Positions 39,816 through 48,533 of a stretch of 59,212 bases of DNA are shown in pieces. Origin of the DNA: a virus (taxonomy: Duplodnaviria > Caudoviricetes); the IMG/VR virus record IMGVR_UViG_3300020391_000001, positions 1 to 59,212 of that record; one strand, 5' to 3'. A program made the position numbers and the translations under genes. Each line of letters opens with the position of its first letter. The first letter of the stretch is position 1. The notes under the pieces were generated by a model. It ran no database searches. It saw only the letters and a program-made list of their open reading frames with translations, and had not been told where the DNA came from.

Positions 39816-40200
39816 GTTGAGCCTAGAGATTACACGACCTAAAGCCTACGCTGAACAGAGATTGTTTCAGGCGATACTTGTGCAGGCCTTAGAAGATGCA
39901 ATTAATCCGTCTAATTTTAAAAAAGAAACGTATCATAAACATGATAGTCATTGTTGGTTTTTAAAAAATTCTGATGATTTTCAACGTGTGTGTTGGGGAG
40001 CTGAGATGGACCCAGACTTTGTACGTGGCGAATATAAGAAGTTGATTGAAATTGGTAAAATAAAGTTTACTAAATTACAATCTTCATGGATCCGTTATCG
40101 AGATTTGTATAAACGTTATCGTAATGCAAGTAATAAGGAAGAAAGAAGAGAGATTAGAAAATTAATTAATGAAGAAAATTTTGAAAGGTTAAAGGAGTAG
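39775..40200 (+). CDS. Hypothetical protein, possible transcriptional regulator
   Basis: EQRLFQAILVQALEDA...WF...DFQRVC..AEMDP motif. Confidence 0.6.
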   Translation: MTCAPSLLKFLGIKLSLEITRPKAYAEQRLFQAILVQALEDAINPSNFKKETYHKHDSHCWFLKNSDDFQRVCWGAEMDPDFVRGEYKKLIEIGKIKFTKLQSSWIRYRDLYKRYRNASNKEERREIRKLINEENFERLKE

Positions 40201-40403
40201 TCACGGAGGTCTAATATATTTGATCCCTGGGGGAACTAACCAGAGAGCAAGTAAACCCCCAAGAATCGAGCAAAGAACGTGTATTAAACAAATAAACACA
40301 TATTCACTGTACACGAAAACCGGACACCGGACAAATAGAAAAATTTTACTATATAGATATCTCAGACTAATGATTAATAAAAAGTACCCCAGGGGGTAAA
40401 AGA

Positions 40404-40510
40404 GGTGTATCTGGTGTATCTAAACGTCTATTAGTCAATTATACCAATACTTTTAATCAATTTTAGTGGTGTATCTATGGTGTATCCGTGGTGTATCTAG
40501 GATACACCAC
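40404..40510. repeat. Iteron-like GGTGTATC repeats, probable replication origin
   Basis: Direct copies at 40404, 40413, 40468, 40479 and 40490; inverted copy at 40501; non-coding with AT-rich flanks. Confidence 0.75.
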
Positions 40511-40581
40511 TCTTGCGGGAACGCTATCGAAACTTTTTGGGGCTATTACTATAGGTTGAAATAATCTATATAATAAAAATT

Positions 40582-40746
40582 ATGAACAAAAAACAAATTT
40601 ACGTTGTAGATATGATGAATCGATTCGGTAAGGATCGAATCAGAAGAGCATTAACTCAAAGAAGATTTAAAAATAAAAAAAAAGTTGAAGAACGTAAAAC
40701 AGGGCAAAAGAATTTTGGATTTAAAAAAGGTGGTATGAATAAATAA
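40582..40746 (+). CDS. Small basic protein ending FKKGGMNK (54 aa)
   Basis: TAATG-coupled to terS. Confidence 0.6.
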   Translation: MNKKQIYVVDMMNRFGKDRIRRALTQRRFKNKKKVEERKTGQKNFGFKKGGMNK

Positions 40747-41276
40747 TGCCTGGTGGACTTAAAAAGAAATCATTAAGAACTGAACTTGATCTAACTCCTA
40801 AACAAAAAATGTTTGTAGAGATATACGTAAAAGATTGGGGATCAATTACACAAGCTGAAGCACTTAAACGTGCAGGCTATGTTTGTACTAATGAAAGAGA
40901 TTATGGATCTGTTGCATCTAGAATGTTATCCAGAAAGCATAGTCCACATATTGCAAATTATTTTGATAAATTATTTGATCTTGAAAAAAAGAAATACGAG
41001 AGTGACAACTTAAGAAGATTTAAAAGATTAGAACGAATTTCTGACAAAGCTGAGAAAGATAAACAATACGCTGCTGCTATAAATGCTGAATATAGATCAG
41101 GTCAATTAGCAGGCGCATATGTAGATCGTAAAGAAGTAACTGTCAGTGGTTTGGAGGGTATGTCACGTGAACAACTTGAGAAAAAACTTGAGGAACTGTC
41201 AAACAAGATCGATGGATACAACGCTAAAACAATCGAGATTGAGTCAGAGGACGTTACAGCAATTGAAAAAGGCTAG
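40746..41276 (+). CDS. terS: Terminase small subunit
   Basis: LTPKQKMFVEIY...A..RAGY...ASRML helix-turn-helix pattern. Confidence 0.8.
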   Translation: MPGGLKKKSLRTELDLTPKQKMFVEIYVKDWGSITQAEALKRAGYVCTNERDYGSVASRMLSRKHSPHIANYFDKLFDLEKKKYESDNLRRFKRLERISDKAEKDKQYAAAINAEYRSGQLAGAYVDRKEVTVSGLEGMSREQLEKKLEELSNKIDGYNAKTIEIESEDVTAIEKG

Positions 41277-41350
41277 CTGGTCTGATTGGTTAGACGCATT
41301 CAATCAAGTACATAACTCTACAATGTTTACATCTGTAGGTAAGATTAAGG

Positions 41351-41659
41351 TTGAGATTGATGATTAGAAAAAGAATTGCGATGCCAAAGAAAGTTAAACA
41401 GGAGATTGATAAGTATCCAATGGTTTCTGTTGAATGGTTCGATATCGTTTCGGATTCTTCGTGGTCTTCGTTTTCAGATGTAAAGAAAGCCAAGCTAGCT
41501 ACTTGCATAACCAAAGGTCACCTTCTCTCCCAGGCAAAAGGTGTTACAAGAATTTTTGGAGATTATTCTTATAACGATAATAAAACAGAGATAGAATCAA
41601 TTGGTAATACAACTCTTATTCCTAATTCTGTAATTAAAGAAATCAAAAAACTTACTTAA
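41351..41659 (+). CDS. Conserved phage hypothetical protein
   Basis: VEWFDI..DSSW...GHLL...IGNTTLIP. Confidence 0.7.
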   Translation: MRLMIRKRIAMPKKVKQEIDKYPMVSVEWFDIVSDSSWSSFSDVKKAKLATCITKGHLLSQAKGVTRIFGDYSYNDNKTEIESIGNTTLIPNSVIKEIKKLT

Positions 41660-41661
41660 TC

Positions 41662-42069
41662 ATGAGTAATAAAAATGGGGAGTCTAGGCTATGGCAAAAG
41701 GTAAAAAAAGGACTGACTGATTGCTTTCTAACTCGCATAGAATCTAGCACAATTAATGGTATACCTGATATTCATGCAGTCATGAATTCTGAAATTTTTT
41801 GGATTGAACTTAAATCAGATTCATTAAGTTATCCTAAGCTAAATAAGTGGCAAATTGTTTGGATCAACAAATATATTAGGACAGGTGGTAAGGTAATTAT
41901 CTTCAAAGAGACCCTCTTGCAGAAGTCTCTTAAACTGTACAGACCGGTGTCCGTGTTTACTGATCCTCGTACCCTCGTTGCATTTGCCTCTTTCTCGTTC
42001 CCGTTACAATGGCCACTGGTCCAGCAGGCGATGCTAACGGAGCTGGGACGGCAGCCCGATGCAGCATGA
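41662..42069 (+). CDS. VRR-NUC / Holliday junction resolvase-like nuclease
   Basis: E..LW...RIES...GIPD...WIELK...Q..W. Confidence 0.8.
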   Translation: MSNKNGESRLWQKVKKGLTDCFLTRIESSTINGIPDIHAVMNSEIFWIELKSDSLSYPKLNKWQIVWINKYIRTGGKVIIFKETLLQKSLKLYRPVSVFTDPRTLVAFASFSFPLQWPLVQQAMLTELGRQPDAA

Positions 42070-42295
42070 TCCTCGTTCTCGTTCCCTGGCCACTGAACTT
42101 TTCCCTCTTTGTTTGTTCAGTGGCCTGGGATCCAGCAGCAGGTGATACCGAAGCTCGTTCTCGTTCTCGGTAACCAGCAAATGTCGTTTCTCGTTCAAGG
42201 AACTGGTGAGCCAGCAGCAGCACGAAGCTGGGGCTACCCCGTCAGGAGCTGATAGCTGGTATGAACTGCTACGTTAAAAATACTTCGTTGGGCTA

Positions 42296-42324
42296 TTGAC
42301 ATGTATCCCATGATATCTTATATG
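42296..42324 (+). promoter_or_regulatory. Sigma70-like early promoter
   Basis: TTGACA-17 nt-TATATG, with ATCCCAT in the spacer. Confidence 0.65.
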
Positions 42325-42378
42325 TATAGTTTCCCCTCAGCAGGGCGAACTACAGTTAACAAACAAAGGAGAAAAGAT

Positions 42379-42594
42379 ATGAAGCTCGGAAAATTAATTA
42401 AGAAACTTAACAAGGAAAACTCACCGCCGGATGGTTGGTCCGCTACAGATGCTGTAGACAAACCTGAAGGAGGCAAAGTATACGCACTAACTGGATCTCG
42501 GGGCTCGCGCTGCATTGCAAACGGTAATACTTGGGCCGAGTCTGAGGTGAAGGATCCAGCAGCAGCTGATGCTGGAGAAGCTAAGTGGGACTAG
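42379..42594 (+). CDS. Putative early protein
   Basis: AAGGAG SD before ATG 42379. Confidence 0.65.
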   Translation: MKLGKLIKKLNKENSPPDGWSATDAVDKPEGGKVYALTGSRGSRCIANGNTWAESEVKDPAAADAGEAKWD

Positions 42595-42781
42595 TTCTCG
42601 CTTACCTGTGCATGCTGTTCCTTTTCCCAAACTTTACTTTACTGGTATCAGGACTCCTGCTACTCTCGCTCGTTGGTATCCTGTGACGCCGTCCTCGTCT
42701 CGTTCTAGAAGACTGGCTGGGCAGCACACGGATCCATCAGAAGCTGGGGCTTTCACAGAAGTTCAGGTTCGGGTTTTGCAG

Positions 42782-42798
42782 TTTAGAATGATTCTAAA
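42782..42798. promoter_or_regulatory. Palindromic operator matching the Irr/ICE box
   Basis: TTTAGAA-TGA-TTCTAAA, 9 nt upstream of a TTGCAA -35 element. Confidence 0.6.
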
Positions 42799-42868
42799 AG
42801 ATAATTGTTGCAATGGTCATGGGATTTGATAAGATGAAGTTGTCTAATAAATAAAGGAAAGGAAATTT

Positions 42869-43294
42869 ATGGGATTAGATCAACACGCACATCTTCGTGG
42901 TCATAAGGTAGATTGGGAGAAATACTATGAAGATGATAAAGAGGAAAACGAAAAAGTTTTTGTGTGGAGAAAACACGCAAGACTTCAACAGTTCATGTCA
43001 ACTAAATGGAATGAACAAAACACTAACCACGAACATAAAGGAATGCTTTCACATCTCGGTTTTAATGGAGATGATGACAGTCCTGTTTATATAACAGAAG
43101 AGGTGGCGAAAGAGTTAGCCGAACAAATCCAAGAGGGGTACAAGGATTATGTTGCCGAAGATGGTTTCTTCTGGGGTCAGCAGTTCCAAGAGGAAAGTGT
43201 TAAAGAATACAAGGAACAAGACATCAAGTTCCTAAAGTTTTGTCAACAAGCGATCAATGATAAAAAGGTCGTTGAATATTGGTGTAGTTGGTAA
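42869..43294 (+). CDS. Conserved phage early protein
   Basis: MGLDQ...WRKH..LQQFM...FFWG...YWCSW. Confidence 0.8.
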   Translation: MGLDQHAHLRGHKVDWEKYYEDDKEENEKVFVWRKHARLQQFMSTKWNEQNTNHEHKGMLSHLGFNGDDDSPVYITEEVAKELAEQIQEGYKDYVAEDGFFWGQQFQEESVKEYKEQDIKFLKFCQQAINDKKVVEYWCSW

Positions 43295-43512
43295 TGGCTA
43301 AAAAATTTAAAAAAGACGAGGCGACAGATGTCGCCTCGTTCTCGACAAAGAAAGACAAACTTAAGATTACTAAGCTAGAGCGTGGCACGGCGCAGCAAGA
43401 TGCGTTCTTAAATTATATAATTAAATCGATTGGAGATGACAAAGATGTAAGTATTAGTATTGAGGGAGGTAAAAGAATACCTATTAAAGACTTAAAAAAA
43501 AAAATTAATTAA
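43288..43512 (+). CDS. Hypothetical protein
   Basis: Coupled to the previous gene (probable ATG 43294); contains a perfect hairpin at 43316-43339. Confidence 0.5.
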   Translation: MVMAKKFKKDEATDVASFSTKKDKLKITKLERGTAQQDAFLNYIIKSIGDDKDVSISIEGGKRIPIKDLKKKIN

Positions 43513-43573
43513 GGGGTTGCATAAGATGAGATAAGATATATATTCTTACTGTCAAACAAACAAAGAGGTAAAA

Positions 43574-43897
43574 ATGGCAAATGCAATAAAAAAGTTAAGG
43601 CAAGATGAAAAGAAAGTAGTTCTTGCTTATGCTCAGTTAAAGCTAAAGTCTAATAGACTTGCTAAAGAGTTAGACACAATGAAACAGAATGTTGTTGATG
43701 TGTTTAATAGATCAAACCAAAACTTAATCATAGTTCAAGATGAACATGGAAATAGTTTTGGCTTACAAAAAATAAATCGAAAGAGAAAGAAATTTGAAAC
43801 TGCTAATTTCAAAATTGCTCATAATGATTTATTCAACAAGTTCTGTACTGAATTAGAGTACAGCGAATATAAAGCGATAGGGGATAACAATGCCTAA
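43574..43897 (+). CDS. Putative early protein
   Basis: GAGG SD; own TTGCAT..TATATT promoter at about 43517-43545. Confidence 0.7.
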   Translation: MANAIKKLRQDEKKVVLAYAQLKLKSNRLAKELDTMKQNVVDVFNRSNQNLIIVQDEHGNSFGLQKINRKRKKFETANFKIAHNDLFNKFCTELEYSEYKAIGDNNA

Positions 43898-44150
43898 TAA
43901 TGATTTAATTAATATCGCTAACGTGTTAAGTGAAAGACTTAACACGTCAACACCAACCTCATTAGCTGATATGGTTATTGAGAATGGTCAAAAGAAACAA
44001 CTCAATTATGAGATTATGTTCCAACTATTAATGGGCGAATGTGAAAAGCATATACTCGAGAACGTTGGTAATCCTGTTGTTGATGAGTTCAAGGATAATG
44101 TACTAAAGAAATTTAGCACATTAGTTCAAGCCTTACACTCCCAAGAATAA
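43890..44150 (+). CDS. Putative early protein
   Basis: Coupled ORF, 86 aa. Confidence 0.7.
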   Translation: MPNNDLINIANVLSERLNTSTPTSLADMVIENGQKKQLNYEIMFQLLMGECEKHILENVGNPVVDEFKDNVLKKFSTLVQALHSQE

Positions 44151-44159
44151 TAATAAACA

Positions 44160-44189
44160 ACCAATGGCGTTATAACTAACGCCATTGGT
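44160..44189. other. Perfect 13-bp inverted repeat closing the early operon
   Basis: ACCAATGGCGTTA-TAAC-TAACGCCATTGGT. Confidence 0.8.
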
Positions 44190-44329
44190 CTAGCCTGTTA
44201 GAAGGCTCATTTCATTTATAAAAATCAAAAAAGCAGGTAGAAGTTACAGGTCACGCACACGACTGTGGCAACGCTAGGCGAACGGGTTTACAAAGTAGGA
44301 TATATAAATATACTAAGGACCCAAACGGT

Positions 44330-45808
44330 ATGAAAATTGAAAACCTTACTGAGGAAGAATTAAAAGATATTATTCTAAAAAAACAATTAGAGTGGATCAA
44401 GTTATGCCAGGATAATTTTTTGGTATTTGCTGAATCTGTTTGGCAGGATTTTATTTATAGAAAAACAAAGGACCCAAAGAAATACGGGCACCATCAAATT
44501 ATTTCTGAAGCGTTTCAAGATATTGCAGATGGAGACGCAAAGAGGCTCATAATCAATATGCCTCCACGACATACTAAATCAGAATTTGCATCTTATTTAT
44601 TTCCTGCTTGGTATGTTGGAAAGTATCCAAAGAAAAAAATAATGCAGGTATCACACAACGCTGAACTTGCTTCAAGGTTCGGTAGCAAAGTTCGGAACTT
44701 AATGAACACCAAAGAGTATAAAGAGATATTTGGAAATGTTACACTTAGAGAAGATAGTAAAGCAAAAGGTAGGTGGGAAACCAATCACGGTGGTGAATAC
44801 TTTGCAGCGGGTGTAGGCGGTTCGATTACAGGACGAGGGGCCGATTTGCTTATTATCGATGATCCACATACTGAGCAAGATTCTATGTCTGACTCAGCTA
44901 TGGAACGTGCTTATGAATGGTATAACTCTGGACCTAGACAACGTTTACAGCCAGGCGGAAGAATTTTGGTAGTCATGACACGATGGGCTACTGATGATTT
45001 GACAGGAAGATTAGTGAAGGCTCAAGGAGAGGTAAAAGCGGATCAGTGGAAAGTAATTTCTTTTCCTGCAATCATGCCCAACGATAAACCAGTTTGGCCT
45101 GAGTATTGGAGTAAAGATGATTTAGATTCTGTGAAAGCCTCAATCTCTACAAAAAATTGGAATGCACAGTATATGCAGGACCCAACCTCAGAGGAGGGTG
45201 CAATTATAAAAAGGGATTGGTGGCAGGATTATGATAAGGAGTATCTTCCAAAACTGCTACACGTGATACAATCCTATGATACTGCATTTTCTAAAAAAGA
45301 ATCCGCTGATTACTCTGCTATTACTACGTGGGGTATCTTTGAACCTGTACAAGGCTACGAAAAATGCATAATTCTTCTTGATGCTATGAAGGGTAGATAT
45401 GATTTTCCAGATTTAAAAAATGTTGCTTTAGAACAATATAATTATTGGGAACCTGAAACAGTTATTATTGAGGCCAAAGCTTCAGGACAACCTTTGATAC
45501 ATGAGCTTAGACGTGCAGGCATTCCTGTAGTTGATTTTGTGCCAGCTCGTGGAAGAGACAAGCATACACGTATTAATAGCTGTGCACCTGTATTTGAGTC
45601 TGGTATGGTGTTTGCACCTTTAGATGAACACTGGGCACAAGAAGTTATTGAGGAATGTGCATCTTTTCCTAATGGTCAGTATGATGACTATGTAGACAGT
45701 ATGACCCAAGCTGTGTTAAGATATAGGCAAGGTGGATTTGTTTCTACATATTCTGACGATTGGGATGATCCGCCAATGAAATTAGAAAAAGAGTATAAAT
45801 ATTATTAG
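44330..45808 (+). CDS. terL: Terminase large subunit
   Basis: MPPRHTKS (Walker A), IIDDP (Walker B), MTRW, SYDTA, DDYVDS. Confidence 0.96.
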   Translation: MKIENLTEEELKDIILKKQLEWIKLCQDNFLVFAESVWQDFIYRKTKDPKKYGHHQIISEAFQDIADGDAKRLIINMPPRHTKSEFASYLFPAWYVGKYPKKKIMQVSHNAELASRFGSKVRNLMNTKEYKEIFGNVTLREDSKAKGRWETNHGGEYFAAGVGGSITGRGADLLIIDDPHTEQDSMSDSAMERAYEWYNSGPRQRLQPGGRILVVMTRWATDDLTGRLVKAQGEVKADQWKVISFPAIMPNDKPVWPEYWSKDDLDSVKASISTKNWNAQYMQDPTSEEGAIIKRDWWQDYDKEYLPKLLHVIQSYDTAFSKKESADYSAITTWGIFEPVQGYEKCIILLDAMKGRYDFPDLKNVALEQYNYWEPETVIIEAKASGQPLIHELRRAGIPVVDFVPARGRDKHTRINSCAPVFESGMVFAPLDEHWAQEVIEECASFPNGQYDDYVDSMTQAVLRYRQGGFVSTYSDDWDDPPMKLEKEYKYY

Positions 45809-45816
45809 GAGAACCT

Positions 45817-46605
45817 ATGGCACTAAAAGGTAACCAAAAGAAGATAGACAAAAATAATAATAACAGAATTGATGCTGAGGATTTCAAAATCTTAAAAGCA
45901 GAAAAAGCAAAAGGCAGAGGCATGGGTTTACAAGATGAGAAAGTAAAACCAGGTAAAGTTATGAAAGCAAGAGTTGGTAAATCTATTAAAAAGGACCCAA
46001 CAAAAACTGTAAATCCATTTGAAAAAAAAGCTAAAAAAATTAACAAAGTAAAAAAAATTATTAAAGGGGTTGGTAGACTTGGTATTGCAGGTGCAGCGTT
46101 GGGTGTGGCAGGAGCAGGTGCTGCTAAACTTGGACAAACTATTGGTAGAAAAATGACTGAGAAAAAAATGGGTGGTGGAATGATGAAGAAATATAAAAAA
46201 GGTGGAATGTCAGCTGGTGATAAGTTTAGTGCAAAGATAGATGGATTGCTTGACTCCTATAATGATAAAACAACTCCTATGAAAAAAGATAGAATCAAAC
46301 AGAAACTAAAAGCATCTGGAAAAATGGGTGGTGGAATGATGAACAAACCTATGCCTATGTATACTAAGGGTGGTGGTGCTGACACTGGAACTATGGGTGA
46401 AGCAAAAAGTAAACTATCTACAGCAATTGATGCTTTTGAAAGAAGAAGAAAAAATAAAAAATTAGAAGCACCTAAAAGAGGTCCAATGAAACCTGCAAAA
46501 GTCATGGGTGGCGGAATGATGATGAAGCCTATGGGTTACAAAGCAGGCAAATCTGTAAAAGCAAAATGCAAACTAGGTAGAAACAAACCTACAAAAATGT
46601 ACTAG
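45817..46605 (+). CDS. Lys/Gly/Met-rich protein with repeated MGGGMM and KxGG motifs
   Basis: AGGAG SD; N-terminal EF-hand-like DKNNNNRIDAEDF; three MGGGMM copies. Confidence 0.75.
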   Translation: MALKGNQKKIDKNNNNRIDAEDFKILKAEKAKGRGMGLQDEKVKPGKVMKARVGKSIKKDPTKTVNPFEKKAKKINKVKKIIKGVGRLGIAGAALGVAGAGAAKLGQTIGRKMTEKKMGGGMMKKYKKGGMSAGDKFSAKIDGLLDSYNDKTTPMKKDRIKQKLKASGKMGGGMMNKPMPMYTKGGGADTGTMGEAKSKLSTAIDAFERRRKNKKLEAPKRGPMKPAKVMGGGMMMKPMGYKAGKSVKAKCKLGRNKPTKMY

Positions 46606-46613
46606 GAGGGGCA

Positions 46614-48533
46614 ATGTCCCTAAAGGCATTACTTAGGTTCGGTAAAGAATTATTGAAGGCGAAGAAGCCTTCAGCAACACCGACCACCGGACAACAACAA
46701 AAGCAAATCACATACACTCCAAAACCATCACAGGCACAAGGACAAGAGTTAGCTGTACAAGAAATACGTAACCCACCTATAGTTTTAAAAAAAACTAAAC
46801 CATTACAGATGGGTGATGACACTGCACCTGCTTTTGGTTCATCGACATACGATTGGGCCATGAGAATTGGTAGAGGAAAGTATACAGCAGATGAATGGTT
46901 GAATCATTTAACTTCTACTAGAAAAGTAAACTTCAAAGTATTTGGTAAACCCTCAAGTAGAATAGAACGTGCAGAAAAAAGATTTAAATATGATTCAGGA
47001 CCCTTTGCAGGTAAAGAAGTAAATATTTCTAAAGATGAATTATTTGACACTAATCTTGCTGCCTTCAATGAAGCAGGAGATCTTACAGGTGGTTTATTAT
47101 TTGCAGCTAAAAAATTTGGTATCAAACTTGATGCAAATGAAGTAGGGGCGATGATTAAGCTAAATCCTCTTAATAGATTAAAACCAGTAGAGTTTGGGGT
47201 ATCTAAAGGTGCACAAGAAAATTTAGATGTAGCAGTAAAAAATATGGACAACGTGTTAGAAAATTTAAAACGAAAGTTTTCATCTGATGCTGATTTATCT
47301 GATGTTCTTGGACAAGCGGGATCTGCAGTTCGTGCAATTAAGATGGGTAACACAGATAAACAATATTTTAATAATTTAAGAGATGCTTTAAAAATGGTAA
47401 AAGCTAGACAAAATGTAGTGACCAGAGAAGAGGCAGCAACTTTAAATCAACTTGAGGCAAAACTTAATAATGCTGTAGGACCCCTGAGAGCTAATAAAAC
47501 AAAATATGGTGGCGAAACTAATTACACTTTACAAGGTGGTAAAAATTACAGAGAAACTGTTTTTACTTTAGATGAAGCTATTCCTACTAATAACAGGCCT
47601 TTTAATAAAGGTGGTCATTTTACAGAATCTCTTCCAGAAAATACTAATAATATTTATCATATAAGATATGATACTAGATTTACACCAGAGGGTAAAAAAG
47701 TATTTATGATTAATGAAATACAATCTGATGTTAACCAAAGTATTGCAAAGTCTTTGAGTAAATCACAACAACTTAATCCAGAAATAAGAATCAATCCTTT
47801 TCAAAAAGATATTGAACTATCTTTTATGTTAAACCAAAGAGGAAAGTTGACTAACGAATTATCTGAAGCTATTGCAAAGGGCGATCAAGGTTTAGTTAAT
47901 CAAATATCAAATGATCTTGGTAGAACATCACAGATTTTAAATCGACTTGGAGTAAGAAGCGGTAATCAAAAAGATTACTTCCCTTTAGTCGAAGCAGATC
48001 AATATGGAGATCATGCTTTAAAATATTTAATGAATAAAGCAGCTAGAGAGAATGTGGATTACGTAGCCGTTGCCCCGTTTGACAAATTAAGTTTTAGACA
48101 AGGTTATAAAGCTGGTAACGAAAGATTTTATGGATACGCATCTGGTAAGGGCATTAACAAAAGTGGTTCTGCAGTTATGCCAAATAATATGAAAAGGGCA
48201 GCAAGATTTTATAATTCTAAGGCAGGACCCATAAAAATTTCATTATCAGATCCATCAAAACCTTACAAAAGTATTTCACAAGATACCTTTAAATATCCTA
48301 AAGGTCACAAGTTATCTGGTAAAACTATCAATAGTAATTATCATAGTGAGGCTAGTAGTAACCCTTTTAAAGGATCTAAACAAATAACGACTAACAATCC
48401 CAACTTGTATTTTGATGGTTTTGCTATAGAAGTTAACTCCTTAATGAGAGGTACACAAAAAACCTACAAAGCTACAGGGGGACTTGTAGTAGATATATTT
48501 AAACCAATAAGGTACAATCAACCATGGCTGTAG
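46614..48533 (+). CDS. Large protein resembling a phage polyvalent-protein domain
   Basis: NYRE...GGHF...HIRYD...MINEIQSD signature; lies between terL and portal. Confidence 0.55.
   Translation: MSLKALLRFGKELLKAKKPSATPTTGQQQKQITYTPKPSQAQGQELAVQEIRNPPIVLKKTKPLQMGDDTAPAFGSSTYDWAMRIGRGKYTADEWLNHLTSTRKVNFKVFGKPSSRIERAEKRFKYDSGPFAGKEVNISKDELFDTNLAAFNEAGDLTGGLLFAAKKFGIKLDANEVGAMIKLNPLNRLKPVEFGVSKGAQENLDVAVKNMDNVLENLKRKFSSDADLSDVLGQAGSAVRAIKMGNTDKQYFNNLRDALKMVKARQNVVTREEAATLNQLEAKLNNAVGPLRANKTKYGGETNYTLQGGKNYRETVFTLDEAIPTNNRPFNKGGHFTESLPENTNNIYHIRYDTRFTPEGKKVFMINEIQSDVNQSIAKSLSKSQQLNPEIRINPFQKDIELSFMLNQRGKLTNELSEAIAKGDQGLVNQISNDLGRTSQILNRLGVRSGNQKDYFPLVEADQYGDHALKYLMNKAARENVDYVAVAPFDKLSFRQGYKAGNERFYGYASGKGINKSGSAVMPNNMKRAARFYNSKAGPIKISLSDPSKPYKSISQDTFKYPKGHKLSGKTINSNYHSEASSNPFKGSKQITTNNPNLYFDGFAIEVNSLMRGTQKTYKATGGLVVDIFKPIRYNQPWL

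Larger units (their letters stand above)
41960..42760 (+). repeat. GC-rich region of dispersed short repeats (CTCGTT, CCAGCAGC, GAAGCTGGGGCT)
   Basis: CTCGTT at 41974, 41994, 42072, 42078, 42154, 42160, 42190, 42669 and 42699; CCAGCAGC at 42132, 42211 and 42556. Confidence 0.8.

Noticed and set aside
40404-40510. CRISPR array
   Set aside because: Repeats are 8 bp with mostly 1-3 bp gaps; there are no spacer-length unique sequences in series and no cas genes.
41957-42829. ORFs 41957..42223 (-), 42318..42515 (-) and 42569..42829 (+)
   Set aside because: No clear SD and atypical composition; they probably arise from the GC-rich repeat island, which has few stop codons.
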